Shown here: piece after piece, positions 1 through 10,600 of the stretch
How positions within the stretch are numbered: position 1 is the stretch's first letter
How the letters are laid out: every line of letters begins with the position of its first letter
DNA from: Paraspadella gotoi
Lineage: Eukaryota; Animalia; Chaetognatha
NCBI GenBank assembly: GCA_051294375.1
Contig: CM119264.1
Span: forward strand, 12,727,459-12,791,458
Direction: 5' to 3'
DNA: 64,000 nt
Translations under genes and position numbers: made by a program
Notes under the pieces: generated by a model
Database searches by the model: none
What the model was told of the DNA's origin: nothing
The model's input: the letters and a program-made list of their open reading frames with translations, nothing else

Positions 1-40
1 TTAATTTATTATAAACTTAAAACATTTTCTCTTTTTAAAG

Positions 41-998
41 AGTGCTTGAAACAATTCCGCGCTCAGCCACCACCGCTTCACATCTACGCGCCTTTATTGC
101 GAGAAATCGAAGAAAAAAAAGAAACTGAACGTAGAGCAAGACTGATACAACAGGTTAAGATTAAAAAAACATACGCAGAAAATTTTTAAATGTTTTTAAA
201 CAACGAATTTTATTTCACAAAACTTACATCAGGGATTTGACAATTTGTTTTCTCAATGATGAAGACTCGAATCCAGACGTTTTGTGAAATATAAATCGTT
301 GTTTAAAAACATTTCAAAATTTTCTGCTTATCTCAAACACAACGAAAGAAACCATGACTAAAAAAACATACATACCATCAACGATAACAATAACAACGAC
401 TTAACGACAACAACAACAACGATCAACAGCTCACGCGCAACAATCGAGTCGCTGAGGAGGAGGAGATGCACATAAATAAATGTAAAATTAAAAACATTCA
501 AAGTTCTCATTTTTGGCTGTCAAGATCGCCCTCGAAGCAGAGAAGTCTCGCCCATTTGAATTCACGAGGAGAGAGGAAGAGGAAGAGGAAAGGAGGAGTC
601 GAGAGTTGACGGAGGAACGAATCGAGTTAACGGAGGAAGGGTGGAAGAAACAAAGCAACGATCCAAATATAGTAAGGGATTATATCAAGATAAATAATTA
701 ATTATACTTTTGCTCTTATAATTAAAATAGTATCAATTAAATACGATTGCGTTACTTATCGGCACTGGCTATGAATGACATTGCCCAAAACATTGGATGA
801 TCATAGTTTAATCGTACTGCAGCGATCGAATCCCCTTATCTGAATAGATCCACGCGAAACCGCTCCCGAAGAACATTTACAATCCTTCGAAGGACATGAA
901 AGAGATTTTTAGAGAGAATCAAGAGTGGAGAAAGATTCAAAAGTCGATGCGAGCTCAGAGATTGCTCAAGGAGTCGCGGTCACCTTGACGAATTCGGT

Positions 999-1039
<41 letters not shown>

Positions 1040-1956
1040 AGAAGAGAGAGAGAGAGAGAGAAGAGAGAGACTGACTTACAAACCCTTCCGGCTTCCCTGA
1101 ACAGCGTTCGCGCCCAACCCAGCCCGCCCCTTCCTCACAACCGCCAATGACCCGCAAGTCTCTCGCCAGAGATCCTCCGGACTTCGCCAAGCTCTACGCA
1201 ACTTTTCGAGCGTCGACTGCGCGAAAGGCGACGCCGACGAAAACGTCCACGACCCCGCGCCCGTTTAGTCTGAAGACGTCAGAAATCGTCGAGAACAAGC
1301 CGAGAGTCGAAGCGGAAATGCGGCACGAGGTGGGGTCCCATGGATTTAATTTTAATCTTGGTTATACAAGGTGACACAGTGTGTGTCACACACTGAAATC
1401 CGTCGCTAGAAAAAAAAATCGCCTGTGGCAAACCTGTAAAGATTTTTTTTAATTTTAAAACTTTTTTGTAAAAACTAAAATCATTTTATATCTAAATTTC
1501 ATATTCAGATATTGATTGGTTTTGATTTGATTTGGCAATAAGTGAAGAAAACTTGTTTGGAAAATGGCCTCCCATTTTAAAATTGGTTACAATTGGTTAC
1601 TTTTTTTGCGCCGCAATGTAGTAAATAAAGTAACGAATTAGTAGCTAAAGTAACGAATTAGTAGCTAACCTTTTACCGTATTGCTCTCCTCTCCAGTTGG
1701 AGTGCGGGAAAGAGCGTCGCTGGCCTTACCTTTCCTCCCTCGCGCCCGTAGAGACGCTTGGCCAACTTCCGGCGGGATTCGTGGCCTCGTACGGGGGCGC
1801 CAAGGGCCACACCCACGAAAAGAAGTCCGATGAGACAAAGGGGAGGTGGAAGGGAAAAGTGGACGATGGGTTGGCCGAAAGGATTAAGTTGACAGCTTTG
1901 GCCAATGATCCAAAAGTAAGAGAAAGAAAACAAGGAAAAAAAAGAAATAGATAGAT

Positions 1957-2047
<91 letters not shown>

Positions 2048-2816
2048 ACAACAGACAAAAAGTACGTTAAAATCAATCAATCAACCAACTTGCAGTTAAT
2101 CAAAAAGTCGGAACGAGATCAAAGAAGGAAAGATCTCCTCCGCGATTCGAGGGAAAGCGTCGTCAACTATCGCCGACACCTCGGAGAGATCGACGAAAAG
2201 CTGCGGGATCGACCTCTCCTGTCGGAAAGGGTGGCGCTGGACGAAGCACAGAAAAAAGCGGAGGAAAAGTGGAGAAAAAAAATTAAGGAGGTTCGTCGGT
2301 AGCGATGAAAAGCAGAGAAGTTGGGGATAACTATATTAACTATAAGTTACTACGTAAATCCGTGATGCTTTGATGCCTTTGGAGGGTTGGGATTGGATGT
2401 ATATTTTTATATATATATATATTTTTGTTTTTCAGTCTGGAGTGACGGCGGACTTCGTCATAAGAAAAAGTTTCGAAGCGTCAGACGCCGACATGGAGGC
2501 CTTTCGCTCTCGCGGTGGAAAAGAAGACACCGCAAGTCCCGTCGACGGCGCCGCAGCCGAGACAATTTCCGTTGTTGACGATCGAGATGAAAGCGGCGCG
2601 CTGCAAGTCCCGCCACTCGACGAATCTGTAAACGGCGCTTCGTCTATACGCGACGTCGATTTTAGAAAAGACGACGACGAATATTCAGATACTGAAAACA
2701 CAGTTTCGAAAACCGAAATTAACGACGACGACGACGACGAGGGAAATGAAGAAGAAGGAAAGTTGGCGGAGGAAGAAGTGGAAGAATATTCATCTGACGA
2801 AGAATCGGATTCTTGA
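41..2816 (+). CDS. FAM161A: FAM161A/B-like ciliary/centriolar protein (UPF0564), 3' part of a multi-exon gene; 5' end lies outside the window
   Basis: Spliced exons give CLKQFRAQPPPLHIYAPLLREIEEKKETERR (41-153), EKSRPFEFTRREEE, PPDFAKLYATF..TTPRPFSLKTS, and RESVVNYRRHLGEIDEKLRDRPLLSER..AEEKWRKKIKE, then an acidic tail ending in TGA at 2816. These resemble the conserved FAM161 motifs (FRAxPxP, PFxF, PDF, PFxL, RPLLFE). AATAAA at ~2884. A versus B paralogue not resolvable. Confidence 0.8.
171..331. mobile_element. MITE-like foldback element in a FAM161 intron
   Basis: Imperfect ~53 bp inverted arms at 171-223 and 279-331 around a ~55 bp spacer. Confidence 0.6.
1958..2046. repeat. (AAAG)n microsatellite
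   Basis: Seen directly; source of the spurious SFFL-repeat ORFs. Confidence 0.95.
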
Positions 2817-3509
2817 TTCAGAATCAGAGCTATTTGCTAATTTCAAACATGGGTCACGGGAAAGAAGAAAGCAAAAACTATGAATAAAAGTTTCACTGAA
2901 AACTGGAAAAAAGAATTAAGAAAATTATCGGCGACGAGAGACGAGTTTGTCAGACGAAGTCAAATCATTTTCACTAAGAAACAAAGGTGAAATATTCGCG
3001 TAAGTACACACTCCACACTCTACAACCGCTTCAATAAACTACCCAACCATATAAGTTTTTGAGAGATTGACGGCTCGGATCCTTCAGACTACTGTCACGT
3101 GACAGGCATGATAACGGCGTTTAAAATTCTTTTGTTTCACTGCATTTATGCAATTTGCCGTCGTAAGATCTACTCAATTTTTGTGTTTTTCTTTTATTTG
3201 TCGTTTCTTAGCGGACACTAAAAAGAAAAAAAACTTTTTGGCAGATAGTCGTACTGTATTCTCTTCATTGGAAAAGTTTAAACAATGAACAATAAGTTTT
3301 AGGTAATGGCGCGAAAATTTAGGGGGCAAAGATAGGCGAGAGATAGTTTGCTAATATAAAAAAGGAAAATTTGTACCGATAATTGGTAGATGTCTTATAC
3401 AATTCGATCGGCAACGCGAAAGAATTTCGGCAAGGAAATGGGGATTAACAAGGATGTAAAAAAAGCGCGGTTATTTGACTGTGCGGGGGCGAATCTCCCC
3501 GCAGATGCC

Positions 3510-3562
3510 ATCTCCGGACTTCGTTAGCGTTGTGTGTGGGTTCTAACGACGAAAACAGAGAT
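3510..3562 (-). promoter_or_regulatory. Candidate 3'UTR stem-loop, copy B
   Basis: Sense UCGUUAG-AACCCACACACAACG-CUAACGA (3549-3521). 19 nt are identical to copy A. Confidence 0.6.
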
Positions 3563-4139
3563 CGTTAGTAGAAGGGATTATTCGCCGTTTCGTCATTTCG
3601 TTATGCTTTTCTTCTTGGACTCTTTCCAATTTTTACGTATTTGTATCTCCCCAGTTTCCCTTTCCGAATTTATAAAGCGGGATAAGTGAAAAAATACAAA
3701 CAGGAAAACGTGTGACATGAATTTATTATTATTAAAATGTAACAATAATTATTACGAGAAAAGTGGACATCTACGCGACCCGAGTCGACATTCCTCGATA
3801 AAAAAAAGGCAAAGAGATTTTGCGGTCGATCGAACCACCGCCGATAGAGGGCGACGTTGCACAGATTGTGACGATTTTTCCATGTTTTTGAGATGTTTTG
3901 AACTTTGTTGCTTTGCTCCTACGTCGGGCCCTTTGTCGACGTCGGGTTTTGTAGATTCGATGAGACCTGAAAAAAAAAATGGTGGGAGATGAATTTAAAA
4001 AATTCTTGACATAAAGTTTTTTTCTTTTTTTTTATATCTAGGCCCAAAGGTTGCATAAAAAATAAATTTTAAGCTATAAGTTAGTATGAAGAAAAATAGT
4101 CACGAAAACAGACAGAGCCTCATCACTCACCAGAACTCT

Positions 4140-4644
4140 CTAGTTGACTGGAAGAGGCTCGGGTTTGAAGACAATGAGATTCTGAAATAGATAATGGTAG
4201 AGGTTTTTCCCTTAAAAGTGTATCGCGTCATGCGTTTCATATTAAATAATCAACAATTTTAACAATCTCTTAAGACTTAAGAGATGATTTGCAGAGTTTT
4301 CAAGACTCACGGCGGCTTTGGCGGATTCGTAATCCTCGAAGATGAGGCGCCTCTCCGTGAGGGTGCGCCTGTCCTTTTGTCGCTCGTACTTCGAGAAGAG
4401 GGACAGTTTGGGCTGCGGGGGTAAACAGTTCATAGATGGATAGAAAAGGTCAAAGGAAGGGTATGACGTAGAATTTCAAGGAAATTAATATTAAATTAAA
4501 ATTAAATTAACCTAAAAGATTCTCACTATATTGAGTGAATTATCTTGGTTGATACTGCATAATGATATCTAACAAATTGACAGACGAAAGAAAACAATCG
4601 CACTCACCGGAGAATCCTTGTACCTCTCGGCAATCCAAGTATAG
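4140..4644 (-). CDS. Troponin T C-terminal exon cassette B (distal)
   Basis: Exons 4608-4644 (37 nt, YTWIAERYKDSP), 4311-4412 (102 nt, PKLSLFSKYERQKDRRTLTERRLIFEDYESAKAA) and 4140-4181 (NLIVFKPEPLPVN*). Confidence 0.88.
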
Positions 4645-7600
4645 CTGTAATTTCATAAACGAAAAGACCAATTGGGAGTGATTTTAACGTCTATATGTAT
4701 TAATTCACGCACGTTAGTGATTCAAACCGGATGTGAAATCGATTAATGAAGAGAAAGACGAATTTCAAAAAAAAATATAGGGCCTTTCTGATAACTGAAA
4801 TGCTGTCAGCATTGCTGAATAAAAACTCAACAAAGGCGTGTTTGTCTATCTGGAGAAATAGCCAAAATCAGAATCTGTCTCAATCTGACTGAAATATATT
4901 TTAAAATTACATTAAAAGACGACGTTTTTGGCAGATAGCGATTTGAATTTCTTTTAGAGATTTTCGAGAGCATACTGGACGATCTTTTAGGAGGTATTAC
5001 AATGAAACACCATTAATGAAAATATAGAGAGAGATATATCAACGATACCTATGACATGCTGTGACATTCGTGATACAAGGAGACACGAAACAAAAACCTC
5101 TGGCTCGGGGACGGAAAGGGTTTTGCTTCCGATTCGCGAGAGTCCGCTTGGGAGACGTCGAGTTCCGCGTCGAATCCCGTTAGCGTTGTGTGTGGGAGCC
5201 TAACGAGGATGGAACGCGGCGACTCCGACGCTCCGATGACGGAGCCGCCGACTAATTCAAGGCGTCGGAGAGGCGAACCCTTTCCATTAAATCCAAAGAT
5301 TTTGCTTTAGGTTTTACGTCTCAAGTTTCAAGAAATTAAAAAAAAAAAACCATTGATGACAATAGTACAATTTTTAAAAAAATCATGCAAAAAATGCTGT
5401 AGATAAGCTATAAGGTGTATACTTTTTGTGGGGTAACAATATGAATAGCAAGATTAGGCGATCTATCCTGTGTTTTCGAATGGTAACCGTAGTTGTGTTT
5501 ACTGTCGGGGCCGAAACCGGATGATGAAACTTAATAAGTTTCTGGCCTCATGAACAAAGTGGCGTTAATATGGATTTCTGAGTTTAGTTTTTCTTCTTTG
5601 ATGGTTGTGAGTTTTGAACGTCTTCTTCGACCTAGTAGAAGTAGTTATATTATTATCATCATTGTTATGATTATCTTTTCTTATTATATTTTAATCATCA
5701 CCTTTAATTGACCGGCAGAGGAATGGGTTTTTCCACACGGAGACCCTGAAAGAAAATTAAATATTTTGTTAGGATACGATTATTTAATTTTTAGTTAGCA
5801 ATATTTTTTGCGGGCCTCAGATAATATTTGAAGCCTAAAATATACTATATTTTTCAAACTTTTCAGACTAAATCTTAGTAAATTTAATTTTGATACCTAA
5901 ACCAACAAAATTTTATTTACAGTAGAGAATAAAATTTAATATTTAGAATGCCAAGTTTAACTATTAAATATTAAACAATATTTTGGTTGATGAAATTAAG
6001 CCGTATAGCGATTAACAATTATACGTTGACAAATGTCTGATTTGGAGAGTGAAAAATTGAACAAAATCACAAAAGATATTTGGATTCTTTCCAATTTTTT
6101 TTCTTGATCACGCTTAAAACAAACTGTTATCAATCCGACATTGTTAAATTTTTTATCTACCCATCTCTCTCTCTCTCTCTCTTTTTCTCTCTCTCTCTCT
6201 CACACACACACACGCACTCTTTTATTCTTTTCGTCCGGTTTACTTACTCCAACGCTTATAAACAAAGATCACTCTTCAAGGCCATGAACATTGAACATAA
6301 AACAATGGTAATTAGAGCACTAACACTTTTCATAAAGTACAACCTGGACCGTCTGTTAGTTGATCGGAAGTGGAACGACTTTCTCGACTCAGGAATAATT
6401 ATACTGTGCACATTATCAGAAATCCCTTGGACGTAACAGAATAATTTACCTTACAAAACATTTTTTCCCAAACATCCAAAAAACCGCGCTATCACTATTA
6501 AACAAAATAAAAATTTTCTCTTTCCAATATAACAGAACAAAGCTCTAATTCTAAACGAAATTTGACTAAATGCCTAAGAAAATACTTGATTGATTTAACC
6601 TATTTCGACAATATAAAAAATTTTAAAAAAATAAATAAGAAAAGAAAATCACCTTGGCTTTAGCATCCTCTGGATCTTGATAAATAAGGCGTCTCTCCGT
6701 GAAAGACCTCCTGTCCTTTTGCCTCTCGTATTTTGAGAAAAGCGAAATTTTTGGCTGTGAAAATAGGGAATATGATACATTGTACATTATAGGTCCCCAT
6801 ATATTTGCTTTTAGCCTGGTGTGGAATAATTAAAGCTCCTGAAAACCGCTGTGTAAACAACGCCTGAAAAAATTGTCATATAGCCTATTGCATCACATTG
6901 TATTGCATTGCTTAATGCACTTTATTATAATATAAAAATTATACATAAAATATTGCTAATAAAATTGTTAAACAGATAATAACCTTACGAGATAAAAGAT
7001 TCAGTGACGCCTATTATACAAAAAAATTTTTATATAGTATATAACTTTTATTAAGATAACCTAAACATACCGGTGCTGTGGCGAAATTCTGAGAAATCCA
7101 TGGGAAGCTTTTTGGTTTGTAAAAAGTAAATGTATAGTTATAGTTTATATTAAGAAGTGTATCTATGTGCTTTCTGCAAATTAACAAGATGCAACGGTAG
7201 TTTTTTCGTGCCATCTCGATTTGTGGGATGAAAATAGTACGTTTTTGAAATTGTTTACAAAAAATGGGATAATATAAAAAATCATGCTTATATGAATATT
7301 CAGTTTCGTCGCAAAGATCTCGTATTTCTTTCCACAACCGTAAACACAATTACTCACTGCTGAATTTTTTCGGCCGTTCGATACTCACTGGAGAACTCGT
7401 ATACCGATCTTGCAACCACGAATATCTATGCTCGTCGGGCAGATGCGAGGGAGAGATGCAGTCAGAGAGAGATATCGATCGAGAATTTGAACGTAGATGC
7501 AGGATAAAAGGCGATGCGGGAAAACGAAGGTGTTTATAATCACAGGATTTGAAAAGGTTAAAAAAAAAACTGTTTTTACCATGCAGGTTGCCTTAGAACT

Positions 7601-10600
7601 TCTATGTGACGTGCAAATTAAGTGTCGATGTAATCCTACGACGTGTTGATTAAAATTTTTGCTTTTCTTAAGCGTCAAAAAATTATTATCGCAGGTGACG
7701 ATGACATTTGTAAAAATAATTTTACCGATAATCTATGGCAGAAATTTGTTACAGGCAAAAGACAGCGGTTGCAAGCAAAACATGCAATCCCGTATTGAAA
7801 TACAAAAGCTAACATAACGGTAAACTTTCCTAAAACCTTTACATAATCTTGCATGCGTAAGAAATGTACTTCATAACATGCGTCCGATAGCGAAATTTTA
7901 AGGTTGATTAAAGCACGGCACAATTTACTGCAGAGCCATGTTAGTTTCTAGGAGAGAATATAAAAAAAGAAACTAGAATGAAATGAGCATAATATGAAAA
8001 AAATGATTAAAAAATTGATATAAAAAATTAACTGATATAAAATACATACACGGAGCCGCCCAAGCCGGTGTGGCCGGTGGGAGTTCTCCTGCGTCTATAG
8101 GGATGAAGAAGGAAAAATGGCATTAATGAGCAATCAGCATAATGAGCAATTCAGCATACCTAGAGGATAGTTTACACTTATGATAATTTAATTTAAATTA
8201 AATAGTATGCATTTCAAAATTCAAATACAATCATTTTCGTATAAATTTTCTCTGCGATAATATTCCTAAAATCCAATGAGAGAAATAACAACAGATTTAA
8301 AGAACAACTTACCCCCTGTTCATCTGTCGGGCACGCTCTGCGAGCTCCATCATCTGCAAAGGGCAATTAGAAATGAGAAGTTTTTAAAAAAATATATAAA
8401 AAAAACCACAGATTATAACGAAACGAAACAAGAAACCTCACGATTTAGGACAACAACAAGCCGAGACTCACGTCGTAGTTCTGCCTCTCGAACTTCTGCT
8501 GGTGGTCATAGCAATTGGCTTCCAGGTTCCAGATGATCTGATGGAGGATTTTGGCGCGCTCGACGAGGCCGTTGTAGTCCAAACCGTCGATCTCGAATGG
8601 CACGATGCGGCTGAGGATAATGTTCTGCTTCTCGATGTCCAATTGCTCTTTGGACTTTTGAGAATCCTCTTTGTAGCGGAGGATGTTGCTCAACTGGGTA
8701 GAGTGAAAAGGGAGACGGAGAAAGTTACAATATTTTGGGAAAAAAAGGGAAAAAAAAGGCTGGAAAGTAGGAAAAAGTGTTCGGAGACCCACCTTCGATC
8801 CCAGGACCTTGATGGGAGTCCTCTTTCCCTTAGGAATGATGGGGAAGCCATACTGGTCGACCTCACCGGATGGCTAAACCAAAATAGGGTAAAAACATAA
8901 TTATTAAGTGATTGAAATGAAATCCGTCTTTGTTTAACAGCAATTTAAACGCGACGAGACAAACAGTGAAAAAAACACAAAAATCATATTTTGATGTTAT
9001 AGTCGAAGGATAGTGGTTAATAAGTTAAAAAAATCAGGGTAGGGTTGTAGTGCGTAGAAGCAAATCCAGGTTATCGTTCTAAATTACCGGCTGGGTGATG
9101 TCAATAACGACAGGGATGTCCTCCTCCCTGATCGGTGGTGGTTCCTTCTGCCAATTTTCATGCGGCAGATTTCGCATGCAAAGAAAGTAAAGAGATCCAA
9201 ACGGAAAATAAAATCGCGCAACAATAACAACAATAGCTTTTCTCAATAAATTTTTTAAAAAATTTATAAAAAGAATTATATTTATTTTTGACAAAATGTT
9301 GATCATTCTGGTCATGCAAAGAGATGGGAATTTGGCATAAACTGAGGGAGAGAAAGAGAGAGAAATAGAGAAAGAGACAGACCATGCTTACACAATATCT
9401 TACCGAATACTTTGCCAGACCAGACTAGAAGTATAATGTAAAAGTATTGACATAAATGTTAATATATAATCTAAACGGATTAATTCTTATTCTAATATGC
9501 AACTATATTGATCAGAAACTTACCGCTTCCTCACTTTTGAAAGCCGACGAAAAGAAAGGAAGGGAATTAGAAAAAAGAAAAAGAAACAAAAAATATTAAC
9601 GTTTTATCCCTTTGAGGTTTATGTCCATGCCTCGATAGAGACTCTATACGGAATTTTAAACGGTCTTACTCTCTCCAACCCGAAACTTCTGTTAAAATAT
9701 TCTTTATAATTATATGTATAGTCGTAGTGAAGACTGAAGATAAATATTTCGAAGATATTCCCCGAATCCCTGCAAAACCCATACGTACGCTGCGGGGGCA
9801 GCCTCGCCCTCCGCTGGTGGGGCCGCCTCTCCCTCTGGTTTGGCCTCGCCCTCTGCCGGTGGGGCGCCTTCCCCTTCCGGTTTTGCCTCGCCCTCCGCTG
9901 GGGGCGCGCCCTCTGCGGGCGCCGCTCCCTCGCTGCACGTACAAACAGAAAAAAAGTGCTTCATGCAAACAATACATGCTCATGCAAAATGAAGTGCTTT
10001 TATTTGAATAACTTAAGTGTAAATTAACCAAAAAAATCTAGACACTCTTAGGATCTAAATACAGCCTGCTACTACGTACGTACTAACGTAAAAGTGTCTA
10101 AATGTGGTTATTGACTAAGAGATATTCCATGGGCTTTGACTAAAACAAATTCATTGTCCTTTACTGGGCCCTTTTCTTTAGTGATTACATAAAGGTAATA
10201 TTTACATACGATATATTATTATAACTCAATTATAATTTCACTTTATTCCCTAGGCTCATAAATTATAATATCGATATATGTTTATTAATAAAAACCAAGT
10301 TGCAATTACGCGGGCGCAGCGGCTTCTCCCTCGGCAGGCGGCGCTCCCTCTCTGTTCAAAATCAAATAAAAGATCATGAATTGATTGAAAGAACAATTCT
10401 CATGTTATCACTTGTTAGGAATGGCATTTTTTTTAGAATAGCAAATTCAATGTTACGTCACGCGAACACGATCGGCGGAAACCCTTTTCGCGATTTTTGA
10501 AGAAATATGAAATGAAAAAAAAAGTTTTGTGAAGCAAAGGATATTTTTTTCAACTGATTGCCAGAAAATGCTAGGAAGTGTGAAACTCGGACTATTGTCG

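Noticed and set aside
1673-2080. ORFs with SFFL, RERE, SLSL, YLSI or poly-Cys repeats here and across the window
   Set aside because: Translations of (AAAG)n, (AG)n, (ATCT)n and (CAA)n microsatellites.
5508-5548. Possible hammerhead ribozyme (GATGATGAAACTTAATAAGTTTC)
   Set aside because: No CUGANGA core in the right order with GAAA; only a short palindrome.
6660-7923. Chain of minus-strand ORFs (6660-6860, 7014-7349, 7385-7678, 7675-7923) suggesting a nested or frameshifted gene
   Set aside because: They lie in different frames with no recognisable domain; the coding signal is explained by the short troponin cassette A exons.
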